The notes under the pieces are model-generated. The model was given only the letters and a program-made list of their open reading frames with translations. It was not told where the DNA came from and did not search any database. A stretch of DNA of 64,000 bases from Carcharhinus amblyrhynchos (lineage: Eukaryota). Each line of letters begins with the position of its first letter. Position 1 is the stretch's first letter. The stretch is taken from the NCBI GenBank assembly GCA_965287045.1, contig OZ336877.1:4712001-4776000 (forward strand), given 5' to 3'. The position numbers were made by a program, and so were the translations under genes. This document shows positions 36,091 through 48,319 of the stretch, one piece after another.

Positions 36091-37614
36091 TTATTTTGCA
36101 TATCCATATATCTTTCTTCCTTTCCCTTCATCACAATCATAAATTCAAAGACTCTTGAATGCCAGACAACCCAAATCCTCTCTATTTCTCTCGACTTTAA
36201 CCATCTCCTTTCTAATTTCACCCATTGCCACATTTTCACTGTGCTCACTTTGACTATTTCCTTTTTGAACTTTAACGATCAGTCCTCAGGCAAAGCGAGT
36301 TTCATCACCACCTTAATTAATTTCATATTCAACGGAGAGCTGAACTCTTTTGTCACGTTCACCTTCACGTCTTTGCGTTTCTGGTCAGATGCCCACCTCC
36401 TACCCCCTAACACGAACCTATACTCCAAATCCTCCTAGAAGCCACCAGCTTTGGCTTTGTGCCTTCTGTCTACCCCTTCATTGAGAATTGCTGCTCGTTC
36501 AGTTTTCCGACTCTGTTTCTGCATTCTTTTTAAATCTACCTTGCTGTAAACATGGAACTGTGCCTTCTCTTTATTCCTTCATAGACCACGCGCGTAAGTG
36601 CATTTATTGAACATCCCTTATTACTCCGAGAAGGTGCAGGAGAACTGTTTAAACCTCGGGTCATCAAACTTGCTGAGAAAAGGGATGCATGTTATGTAAC
36701 AAAGAGCCTCTACCTGACTTTGGGGGATTGCTTACTCTCCAATGGCTTTTCTTTCCCACTAGACTGTGGCCTCACCACCAAATGCCAAATCCTTATTTAC
36801 CAGACTGTGACCAATCTTATTTATTCCAGTGATCCATTCCATATTGTCTGCAATTCAGAGTTCCTTAGCCTCACAGAACGGATTTCTCCGTCTCCTCAAA
36901 ATACATAAACAGATCTTTCTTGGTGGATCAATTGTTTACCTTGTCCTGTCCTACCAAATTCATTTCCTCTTACCTTCCCACACTCCTATTTAGTCTTTAT
37001 CCATCGACCCATATTACAATGAAATAAACTGCCAACCCACAATGCCTCATCTGGACATGCGTAATTACGTCTTTGGTGAACAAAATAGATGTTGGGTGAG
37101 TCCAAAATTGAACTTGAGAGTTCAGAATAGAAGCAGGGCAAAGTTTGAGATTTGATATTTGTTTTTTTTAATATCTGGGAAGTTGGCTGAAGGTCTTATC
37201 CCTGTCATAACATCAAACACAGAAGTGGAAGAAACTAGTTCCACTCTAAAAATCTGATTTGGAATATCCAGTCCTGGCCTCAGACGTTTTCTGATAGACA
37301 ACTCAAAAGCAGGTGTTTGGACTTGGTCAAGCACCGTGTCAGCCTTCACCTCGGGAAGCAGGAGTTCCACTCTGGCTCAGAAGCATGGAATGATAGGACT
37401 TGCTCTGGGCAGGCTTCACCCAGTCCCGAGTGACCATGGGCTTGCATGTGAAGCTGGCCCTGTTGCAGCATTAACTGGGAATATGCCACGCTTAAGGATG
37501 TTTGATTTATGCATTGGAAAATTGATACACTGCTGTACGAGGAGTTACAGCGGAGGCAGATTGTTCATGTGGACTGGCGAGAGCTTCTGTTCTGCAACTT
37601 AGGTTTTCTAATAA

Positions 37615-37762
37615 GAACATAAGAACCAGGAGCAGGAGTAGGCCATTTGCCCTTCGAGCCTGCCTCACCATTCAATAAGATCACAGCTGATCTGAAGTGG
37701 ATGAGTTCCACTTACCCGCCTGCTCCCCGTAACCCTTAATTCCCTTATCGATCAGAAATCTA
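37615..37762 (-). mobile_element. CR1 3' tail (young subfamily, as at 44330 and 63430)
   Basis: aagaacataagaaccaggagcaggagtaggccatt...gctgatctgaagtggatgagttccac. Confidence 0.85.
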
Positions 37763-37821
37763 ATTATGTAGTTCTGTAATTCTGTACCTCACTGGGTGGA
37801 AACTAGAAGATTGAAATTTCA

Positions 37822-37942
37822 AGGCCGGAATTTTACCGCCCCACCCATCACAGGAATGGGAGCGAGCGAGGGGGCGGAAGGTCTGTTGATTTTGGGCGGG
37901 ATTTTAGTTTTGGGACGAGCGAGGCCATAAAATCCCACCCCC
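37822..37942. mobile_element. short GC-rich MITE-like element
   Basis: ggccggaattttac ... ataaaatcccaccc imperfect TIRs around a CpG-rich core; a related element sits at ~49210-49352. Confidence 0.5.
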
Positions 37943-40459
37943 AAGTGTTCCGTTTCCCAGAACTGGCTTCCTTCAAATTGAGCACTTGAACTGCCTAGTC
38001 CAAAACCAGACAGGTGGCAATTCCAGCAGGAGCCGCACATCCTGTGATACCATCACAGAGGAAGGCGATGCACAAAAACTGGTCAGAAACAAAGCACTTA
38101 TAACAAAAAAAAAGGACTGAAGATCTGTTAATGAAACCATGCTGGAGGAAGGGGGCAGAAGTTTTCTGTACTATCCTTAAATACGTTCGGTTACCACATT
38201 TCACAGCCAATGATACAGTATTTATTTTAAACTGTAAAGGCAGCGATAGACAGAGAAATGGATAACACATGGACTGAGGAGATGGTTTCCAGCACTAACA
38301 ATATTCACGTAAAGAACATCTGTAATTACTGTGGCCACAATTCCATATCCTGAATACTAACTCCAACTCAGGGGCAAAGGAGGCGGGCCGGGGGGGAAGA
38401 GACCTGAAAGAAATCCTTTAAATTAATAAAAAATGATTTACCACTGATAGTCATTATGGATTCAATTTCAGCTTACAGGGAACTGGTTGCCCTGAATGCT
38501 CTGTGACAAATTCAATAACTAGTCTGCTTCCAATTACAGATTGCCTGTTCTAGCACTGAAGGAAGTCCCTTGCTGACTGAAGACTGATGTGCACAAATTA
38601 TCCTACTATACAGATGCAATACTACATCCAGAACAATTTCAATCGGCCTGAGCCGCTGACCCCTCCTCATTAGTTGAGTTCCACATTATTAAGCACTTGT
38701 ACGTAACAATTACACATTTAAAGTTGCATATTCATGGGGAATTTAATTTAAAAATGTGAGAAAGTGTTTTTCTTAAAATCAGCTTTTAACTTTGCAATTA
38801 CTCCCTAGTGTTTGCCCTCTTTTTTTTACAACCATTGCTCAAACTTTGAGATATTCTTTTGAAATTTTAAACCAGGCCATTTTTGCTTCTGCTCTCCTCT
38901 ATTTTTGCCAAACTGCAAATGTGCTGTTGAACTTTGAAGCTTTTCTGTGAAGTTTTGGAGATTTTACATAGAGGGCAACTAATGTTATAACAAAGCTCCT
39001 GTATTTTAATGGGGTCCATGTGTTCTAATTAGCTGTGGTGGATAATCTGTAAGACAATGAAATGGCTCCCCCAACACTGAAATAGCACAAAATGGAGTTG
39101 GCTCTTGAAATGTCACGTGCATAACATTTGGGATAAAGATTGGTATGAGTTGCATATGTTTGATCAAGTCTGCGCTCAATCTGTGCAGTATCCGTTTAAC
39201 TACTCAATGCGTGCAGCCCATTTCTGGTTACACTGCTGACTAAAGGATCCCGTTCCAAAATCAGTCAGCAACAAGCTGGGGTAGGTGTCAGGCCGAGCCA
39301 ACTTCGAATTCTTCAGCAGCTCATGCTGCTGCCAACTACAGGCAACATATTAAAAACAAGGTCTTTATATAAACCTTCCTTTGGATCTTGGAGAGGAGCA
39401 GGTGTTTGCCTCCACAGCTGGTGCCCCAACAATCACCACCCAATTTACCATTTGTCCCGGCTCCTCGGTGTGCCGAACTGCTGCGGTTCTCAGGAGCGGC
39501 AGCCGTTGCCGGGCGCGGGGCTGGCATCAGGGCATTGCCAGCCATTTGATTGGGCAGCAGCTCTCCGAGGAGGGACTTTGTACCCCAGGAGAAGGTGGGA
39601 CCAATTAACGTCCTCTCTGAGCATTGGATCCCTGCTGAGTGAATCGCCAGAGCAGGGCGACTCACCTCAGCTTCTATAACTTGCTCCAATCCTCCTCGAA
39701 TCTCATCAGAAAACTGTTGCCAGCGTCACGATGGCCCACTGATTTGCACTTCAATGGTGGACTGTTGATTTAATTCAAATTCAAAACCCTTTGTGTTCAA
39801 ATGTTTACTGGAAGAAGGAAAACCTTAATTATTAGCTGATTTTTCTATGTCACAGGAATTCAGATGATATGCTTTTCAAAAAGAACGCAACGTTACACCA
39901 TACAGTACGTATTATTATTTTGGTACTAAATGGAAACTGCGATCAAGCCCAAGTCTAACGCCGTTAAGTAAACAATGGGTGAGGTCAGTGTTTTATTGCT
40001 TCTGAAAGACACAGGTCAGATCTCCGGTGGTCTGTTGTTATTTGTCGACCCGTGATCTCGCTCTCTCAATTCAATTATCAATTCCTGAAGGATTGTGTCA
40101 TATTTTTCTTTATTTAAGGATGACAGAAAGGAACGGCACAATCTCTGGACCTTTTTATGAAGTTGATTTTACGTAGTATTAAAAATAAGGAGCTGATGTC
40201 TCACTTGGAAGATTTTAGATTAAAAAAATAAATTTACCTTTCCTTTCTCCTTCAATTACCTTCCTGTTTCTCTCGAAGGAAATGTTTTTACTTGGAATAT
40301 GGTTCCAATGATGTGATAAACCTCCAATACCTCACCCAAAGGGCTTTTTCTCATCTGAGTTTTGGCAGTCAATAACAAATGATATTCAATCAGTCCCTCT
40401 TCCAACCTCTTTAACCTGCTCCAGTTCTACAACCCTCTGATATCTGAATGCCTCTCATT

Positions 40460-40775
40460 TGGGTGGCACAGTCGCTCGCATTGCTGCCTCACAGCGCAGG
40501 AACCCGGGTTTGATTCCTGGCTTGGGTCACTGACTGCAGAATTTGCATGTTCTCCCATTGTCTGCTTGGGTTTCCTCCGGATGCCCCAGTTTCCTCCCAC
40601 ACTCCAAAGATGTGCAGATTAGCTTGATTGCCCATGCTAAATTGCCCCCTTCGTGTCAGTCAGTTAGTAGGATAAATAAGTGGGGTTATGGGGATAGATC
40701 CTGGGTGGGATTGTGGTCGGTATAGACTCAGTGGACTGAATGGCCTCCTTCTGCTCTGTAGGGTTTCTATGATTC
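40460..40775 (+). mobile_element. HE1-type V-SINE, full length, inserted in an L2 tail (40400-41000)
   Basis: tRNA head (ggtggcacagt..cccgggtttgattcc), V-domain (ttctcccattgtctgcttgggtttcctccgg..ctccaaagatgtgcag) and CR1-derived tail (ctgaatggcctccttctgctctgtagggtttctatgatt). Confidence 0.9.
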
Positions 40776-42384
40776 GGTGAATTCTGACCTCCCACTGACC
40801 ATTCCCAACTCCCCCATTGGTTGGCTGTGCCTTCAGCATCTCCATCTCCCCATCAGTTTTCTAGACATTCCTTGAAAAGTGCCTCTGTAACCAACACCTC
40901 AGTATCTGTGTGATTCATCAACTTCTGTTGATAAAGCTCCTATGAGCCTCTTTAGGACATTTAGCTATGTTAAAAGAGCCATATAACTACAAGTTGCTGT
41001 GTTGCAGTCCTCACTACTGAGCCCAATCCTTTTTAGTTTATTCTAATAAATGTATCTGGTTTGCGCTGTGAAGAGGGAAGCATTGCTGCACCTTTAAGAC
41101 TGAGGTGCCAAGACAAATACTAGAATACCAACTGCTGGCCTAGCTACAGTCGGTGACTGAGGGTCAAATTTAGGCCTGAGCACTATATCATACGGTATAT
41201 TTAGACAGTGTATAAAGGACTGGCTGAAACGCTTAATCATTATTTTACCTCAGTAAACAAAGAATGATGAAGACGAAGACTGCAGGAGCACTGGAGGAGA
41301 AACCAGGAAGAGATGTACTTATTACAAAGGAAACTGTGTGGAACACGGCAGTGGGATGCAAGGAACCATACCCAGAGTACAGCAATCAAATATAGATGTA
41401 CAATCCAAAGCTTTCCAGAACCTTTTGGAAACTGAATGAACTAAAGGGAGAGAGGTGGGCAATGTCACATCCCTGCTCAAAAAAAAGGATAAGCAGGCAA
41501 CTGCAGAACAGTCTGCCTTGTGTTAGTAACAACTGCTCTACTATAATGGATACTGCTAATAAAAACAGTAAAAACGCCTGCGCTAATCCGGCACAGTCAC
41601 TGACTAACACAAGGGGAGGCATGGTGGGCCAAATAGCCTTTCTATGTTGAGATTTTTAGGATGCTACCATTTGTCCATCAAGCCGTCTGCGAAGATCTCT
41701 ATGGCAAAAATATAGATTTTTACTGTACCAAATTTCGTTTTCATCCAATTTTCTTTGAGATTATGAACTTGAATTCCCTTCCAGTTGGACTTAAGAAGAA
41801 CTGTTGAAACTCGTCTCATTTAATCAAATTCTTTCTGGAAATTCCCAAGGGTACAATCAAAGCGGACACAGTAAATGCGACATACTTGGATTTGGTGAAA
41901 TGCAACACAAGAGACTTATTGCCACGTTCAAGAAATTTAACTGATTTGAGAGAGCGATTGCTAAAGAATAAAATGCAGAAATTCAGATTTTAAAAATACT
42001 TCCCGGATTTCTGGTATAAAGGATTGGTTTTGGAATTTTGTTCTGCAGATATTTAAAGTCATTCGTATTTGGAAGAGAACAAATATCAACAATTTTCAAC
42101 AAGACTACAAGCTGTAAGGACAAGTATGCAAGACTGCAGGATACAAGGATATTGTGAAACGGGCAGTCACACGGTAAATACAGTTCAGTGTATTTTGAGG
42201 GTAAAAAGGGAACAGCAAACCTCATAATGCAGTGTTGAATGAACGAGATCAAAGAATACAATTGAAGAAATTTTTAAATGCAAAATTACAAGTGGAAGAA
42301 GCTAACCAAGCAGCAGGTAGAGGGTTTACATCAGGCTTGACATAAATAGCTTTCGAATACGAGAACCAAGTTAAATAGGAGAGG

Positions 42385-42730
42385 TGATGGCCTATTACTA
42401 AACTATTCATCTAGAAACTCAGTTAACGTTCCGAGGGACCTAGGTTCGAATCCTGCCACAGCAGATGATGAAATTTGAATTCAATAAGAAAAAATCTGGA
42501 ATTTAGAGTCTACTGATGATCATGAAACCACTGTCAATTGTTGGAAAAACCCATCTGGTTCACTAATGTCCTTTAGGACAGGAAATCTACAATCTTTACC
42601 CAGTCTGGCCTATATGTGACTCTAAAACTACAGCCATGTGGATGTCTCTCAACTGCCCCCTGCAACTCGGGGTGGGGAATAAATGCTGGCCAGTCAGCGA
42701 TGTCCACGTACCAAAAGTGAATCAAAAAAA
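42385..42730 (+). mobile_element. tRNA-derived SINE with a Crack-like LINE tail
   Basis: B box ggttcgaatcc, body aaaacccatctggttcactaatgtcctttagg, and tail gggaataaatgctggccagtcagcgatgtccac...aaaaaaa. Confidence 0.8.
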
Positions 42731-43219
42731 TACACATACACGGAGATTAAGAGAGAATCTTGGGCAATTTTGGGTGTGAGGGGTAGTTCAGCCATAGAAA
42801 AGATATAATGAAATTTTGCTTGCATTATCAATGATAGGGAAATTGTAAAGGTGGGGAGGCCGCTGAAATAAAAAATTTGGCTGTGTTCATTAAATCAGAG
42901 GTTAGTGTTAGCAGGGACCTAATAGGTGTGTTCAAAACTCAAAAAGTAAATACTGAAAGATCAATTGTATATTATCTTGAGATAGCCTGAAAATAATGAA
43001 GGGTGTAGGGAAAAGGACAGAAAAAGCTTTAGTGGAAACAATTCCAATATAAAACCAAGACTAACATGAATAGCCTCTTTGTGTTGAGAGTTTTTGGGAT
43101 GCGACAATTTATCCATCTTGCCAACTCCGGAGACAAAAAAAAATACAGATCTTTAATGTAACAAATTTAGATTTAATCTGACATTTCTTTCAGGTGAATA
43201 AGATTATAACCTGCAGTTT

Positions 43220-43590
43220 CGTAGAACACTACAGCAGAAACAGGCCCTTCGGCCCACAAGTTGCACCGATCACATCTATACCTACCAAGCCATAGAACTA
43301 TCTGTAACTTCCAATGCCATTAGATCCCATATACTCATCCAGAAGTCTTTTAAAAGACCCCAGCGAGTTTGCCTCTACCACCACCGACGGCAGCCGATTC
43401 CACTCACTCAGCCACCACCCTCTGAGTGAAAAACCTACCCCTAACATCTCCTCTGTACTTGCTTCCCAGCACCTTAAACCTGTGTCCTCTCGTAACGGCC
43501 ATTTCAGCCCTGGGAAACAGCCTCCGAGAATCCACCTTATCTATTCCTCTCAACGTCTTATAAATCTCCATCAGGTCTCCTCTCAGCCTT
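43220..43590 (-). mobile_element. CR1 LINE 3' end
   Basis: Reads RLRGDLMEIYKTLRGIDKVDSRRLFPRAEMAVTRGHRFKVLGSKYRGDVRGRFFTQRVV; same subfamily as 20130-20490. Confidence 0.9.
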
Positions 43591-44054
43591 CCAATTGCAC
43601 CCACTCTGTCACTGGAAATTCATCAAACATACCACAGGAATCTCTTTTTCACTAGGTCTGTAAAATTATGTTGGTCGAGGGGGACTAAACCTGAAAAAAT
43701 GTGGCCAAAATTACATTTCATGTTAACTGGAAAGTGTGGAGAAGCTACAGATAGCCAGGAACTTGCACCTGTAATTCCTTCACCATTTCTATGTGAGGGC
43801 AGTGCAAATATTATTCTTTCATCAATCTAAATGAAAGATCATTGGTCTTTCTGTTTGCTCAGATAGATAATTTTATTTGACAGTCTGGTGGTAGGAAAAT
43901 TGGAATATCAGTACCTCTTCCAAAGGGCACAATGCTCCTTTAAACATCAAGAGGAATTCTGTTCTTTTAAGCAGGTGGCATAGTGGCAAGCACTGCTACA
44001 TCAAAGTGCCAGGGGCTAAGTCTTGATTCTGGCCATGAGTTACATTCATAAGGC

Positions 44055-44330
44055 ATGAGATTTACATTCATATAACACTTCTCACAGCCTCAGGCCAGTG
44101 ACGTACTTCAAAAATGTAGCTGTTGTTGTAATGTTGGCAAACTGGACTGCTAACCTACACACAGCAAGATCCTATCAACAATAATCAGAATCGTGACCAG
44201 GGTCCCTTCAGTAGCTTTGGAGAGGGGAGAAATATTAGCCAGGACACCAGAAGAATTCTCTGCTTCTCTGAAAAGTCTCACGAGTTCTGTTGCATCCATT
44301 CAAGAGTGCAGATAGAGCTTTGATTAACCT
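44055..44330 (-). mobile_element. DeuSINE (SacSINE1-type) partial copy
   Basis: Aligns with 28110-28420 (gtacttcaaaaatgtagc..gttgtaatgt..cacagcaagatcc..aaatattagccaggacaccagaagaattctctgcttct). Confidence 0.7.
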
Positions 44331-44332
44331 TA

Positions 44333-44710
44333 TGGGGATCTTATAGAGACGTACAAGATAATGAAGGAGCTAGATAGGGGAGAGGTAAAGAGATTCTTCC
44401 CGCTTACAAAGGATAGCAGAACTAGAGGGCACAGCCTCAAAATAAGGGGAGGGCAGTTTAGAACAGAGTTGAGGAGGGACTTCTTCACTCAAAGGGTGGT
44501 GAATCTCTGGAATTCTCTGCCCGTTGAGGTGGTGGAGGCTACCTCACTGGTAGATAGGTTTCTGATAGACAGGGGAATTAAGGGTTATGGGGAGAAAGCG
44601 GGAAAGTGGAACTGATCCACTTCAGATCAGCCATGATCTTATTCAATGGCGGGGCAGGCTCGAAGGGCTGGATGGCCTACTCCTGCTCCTATTTCTTATG
44701 TTCTTATGTT
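44333..44710 (+). mobile_element. CR1 LINE 3' end (young subfamily)
   Basis: Reads MKELDRGEVKRFFPLTKDSRTRGHSLKIRGGQFRTELRRDFFTQRVVNLWNSLP, with tail ctcctatttcttatgttcttatg. Confidence 0.92.
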
Positions 44711-44994
44711 TTTAAAAGACAGCATGTACAATTTTGAAACACTCCCTCTGCTGTCAAATGTGTTTCCGAGCAAACTCTGCAAGTGTGCACGTTTGTGTTC
44801 CTTAGCTACCAGGGGAGGTAGTTCAATGTACTCAATCCCAGGTTGAATCCCAGTGTTGATGGCAAAATAGTGAATCAGTATAAAATGACTGTTAGTATGA
44901 AGTTCATGTCTCCATTCTATTGTGTGGGCCTGTGATGTGCATCAAATGTATACTTGCCTAATGGAGACATAAGAATGTGAGGTCTGATCTGGGT

Positions 44995-45362
44995 ATGGTA
45001 GCATCGTGGCTACATTACTGACTCCAGAAGACACAGGTCAGAAGTAATGATCCAGAAATGAGAGTTGAACTCCCACCACAGTGACTGGGGAAATTAAATT
45101 CAGTTAACCAAATATGTTTGAAATATATTAAAAAAAAAGTATCAGTAAAGAGGAAACTACTGAATAGCTCTGTAAATCCACCTGGTTCACGAATAACCTG
45201 TAGGGAAGCGCTCTTCCCAGCCTCCTCTATATCTGCCTCCAGCCCCAACGCAATGTGGTTGTTCTTGAAATGACTGAGCAAGCCAGTCGTACCTCAAAGT
45301 CAGTTCGGGATAATAAGTGCTGAGCTTGTCAGCGATGCCCACGTTCTGTGAGTGAATAGAAA
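44995..45362 (+). mobile_element. tRNA-derived SINE (family of 42385), older copy
   Basis: gtaatgatccaga..gagttgaactcccaccacag..tccacctggttcac..tagggaag..ctccagccccaacgcaatgtggttgttcttgaaatg..gtcagcgatgcccac. Confidence 0.65.
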
Positions 45363-46659
45363 GCCGAGTTCTAGATGGACGCATCATAGCTAACGGGCAG
45401 GGGAGCAACAGCGCAGTTTCTTGTGACAGTCAGTGGAAAAAAATACGTGGCCCACTTATGGCAGCTGGGTACTGCACGTGAACAGATCTACGCTGTCTGG
45501 CTTTTTCAGAGGAATGGATACGCATCTAATTCATTAATGCAGAGTGGGAGCACCTCACAGCGCAAGCCTGATCCAAAGTGGCCTCTATGTATGCACATCC
45601 ATGCTTCATGGCTATCAGGAAAGGAAGTTGGTACACATTCAATTCCTGATGTTTAATAAGCTAGCCAATTGCCAGGGCTCCTTGGCAGTCAGGCAGCAAT
45701 TCAATCTCCGCGATAATCTGTGACCAAACTCCCTATTCTGAATCGTTGACTTGTGGGTCTCTGGAACTGCAATGTTACCCCCTCATCTCCCCCTAAAACC
45801 ATTAATATAGTTGCAGCAGTGAGGACTATTCAAAATAGATCATTGGTTCTAATGCACTTTAGGGCGCCCTGAGATTATGAAAAGCATTATACGAGTGGAA
45901 GTTTCATTCTCTCTTTTCTGTCAATTCCATTGGTGACCGTTTGCCCCGACAATCCCCGTGATATTGCTTTGTGACTCGCTCGTTTATTAACTCTCAGGAC
46001 TCCAAAACAGAACCACTTTTTTGTCAAGTTGTTAATGATGATTCACAAGTTCAAATGGTCAGAAATTCAGCTGTGAGTACGCATAATTCATTATCTTTTA
46101 TTGCCCAAGCTGCCAGAAACTCAATGTTTACTTCTCATCACATTCAACGCAGAAATCCAGTTACAAAAATCCACAACAAATCTCACTCCCAAACAATTCA
46201 GGGTGCTTCAGACCAGCTGCCAGTGTCTCATCCATGCTGACCCTGACAGCAGAAAGCTGCTTCCACATACATGCAGCTCACTCAAGGCCTGCTGGCTCCA
46301 TCCCAAGAATTCCTCATTTCTATTTCACTTCTCTATTTGGTACCCTCACCAAGCTGCAAGTTCAGGAGAGAAAGCTGGACCTGCTGAGCCCAGAATATTG
46401 GTCAAAGAGGAGGCCAATGCCTGAGCGCCCCAGGTCAAGTTACATTTTTCAATGGTTACAGCAGAATTATACGCCGGACACACTGGAAGAAATTGCTTAC
46501 GACATCCGGTCTGACGTGAATGCAATGTGACTTTTCTCTCTTTGAGGTGGTGTTTTAAGTTAAAACAAATGTCATAACTTAAGCAAAAAATCAAATTTAA
46601 AGAACTGCAGTTGTTTGATGTCATTTTGCAGGCACGATCTAAACCTGATTAATTTTTGG

Positions 46660-46885
46660 AATCAAACAGAAAATGCTGAAAATACTCGGCAGTCTGGCTG
46701 CATCTGTGGAGAGAGAGAGAGAAAGTGAGTTGATCAGGTCAGTGACCCTTCCTCGGAACTGCACCAGATCTGATGAAACGTTAACCCTTTCTCGCTCAGC
46801 GGCTGATTCCTGCTGAATATTTTCTGCATATTTTGGGTTTTCATTCAGATTTCCAGCAGCACCTGCAGTACTTTCCGCTTCATTA
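46660..46885. mobile_element. Penelope pLTR-derived fold-back element
   Basis: cagaaaatgctgaaaatactcggcag..catctgtggagagag ... ctgatgaaacgttaac..cctgctgaatattttctgcatatttt. Confidence 0.7.
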
Positions 46886-46965
46886 TTATCTGATGTGGGG
46901 ATTTTCATTAGCGAGGCCTGAAATTTAGCATGTCCGCCACGACTCTCTCCAATTTTTTTTAACAG

Positions 46966-47448
46966 ATGAACCATAGAAAGCATCTTTTCTGGATGTATCA
47001 CAGCTTGGTATGGCTCCTGCTCTGATCAAGACTGCGAGAAATGACAAAGGGTTGTGAACATAGCCTAGTGCATCGTGCACAACAGCCTCCCATCCATTGA
47101 CTCAGTCTATACTTCCCAATGCCTTGGAAAAGCAGCCACATAATCAAGAACCCCACGCACCCCGCACATACTCTCTTCCATCTCAAACAAGATTCAAAAG
47201 TCTAAAGTCGCGTACCAACCAACACAAGAACAGCTTCTCCTCTGCCGCCATCAGACTTTTGAATGGACCTAACACACATTAAGCTGATCTTTCTCTCCAC
47301 CCTAGCTTTGGCTGTAAATACTATATTTTGCACCCTCTCCCTTCTTTCTCCTCTATGCACTCTACGAGCGGTATGTTTTGCCGGTACAGCGCACAAGAAA
47401 CAATACTTTCCACTGTGAATCAATACGTGACAATAATAAACCAAATCA
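46966..47448 (+). mobile_element. Rex1/Babar LINE 3' end
   Basis: Reads TIESIFSGCITAWYGSCSDQDCEK*QRVVN... and RFKSLKSRTNQHKNSFSSAAIRLLN, with tail gtgacaataataaaccaaatcaaa. Confidence 0.88.
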
Positions 47449-47837
47449 AAGGTGCAGTTAACGAGTTTTTTTAAGCATTGCTCTCTCTTGCCCAGTTTCA
47501 ATTAACTTGTGGATTACATTTTTAAAATTAATTTGAACGTATACCTCTATGGAGGGAATGCAAACTAACATTTTGGCTCTAATTTGATATGCCTCACTTC
47601 TTTCTAAATGATTGAAAGCAAACGACTGCTGTCATTTTATCAAGCAATGCTTGTCATGTCTGTGCATCTGGCTTTTTGAGCTGCCTACCCGGTAGTGTAG
47701 GAGTGACATAGCCCACCAGAGCCTGGAGATTGCAAAACAGTAAAAGGAAAGGGTATTTAAGGAGATATAATCAACTGGATCAATAATAAAGAGAAGTGAC
47801 ATAAAAATAAAGGAGTTAGTGAAAAGAAAAAGGAAAT

Positions 47838-48130
47838 ACGGCATGGTGATAAACACTGTTGCCTCTCAGCGCTGGGTTCAATTCTGGCCTCGGGTGACTA
47901 TCTATGTGGAGTTTTCACATGTCTATGTGTGCTTTTTCAGGTGCTCTGGTTTCCTCCCAGAGGCCAAAGATGTACGTGTTAGGTCAACTGACCATGCAAA
48001 GTTGCCCCTTGGTGTCAGTCGGACGAGAGTAAATACATGGGATTACAGAGATAGTGCCTGAGTGGGATTGTTGCCGCTCCAAGTTCAATGGGCCAAATGG
48101 CCTCCTTCTGATCTGTAGGGATTCTATGAT
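47838..48130 (+). mobile_element. HE1-type V-SINE
   Basis: Head, V-domain and tail as at 40460. Confidence 0.85.
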
Positions 48131-48319
48131 AAGGATGAAAATGAGAAAATAAAAAAGCAACAAAAGGAAGTAGAATATATTTTACAATGGGGGGGACACA
48201 TTTTCAAAAGCCACTTACAGCAACAATCTATTTTGTTATATATTGTTGTGAACTCTGTATTTAGTCTCATTGACAATGATTTTCAATGTATGCAGGATCC
48301 ATGATGGATTCAGTGATAA

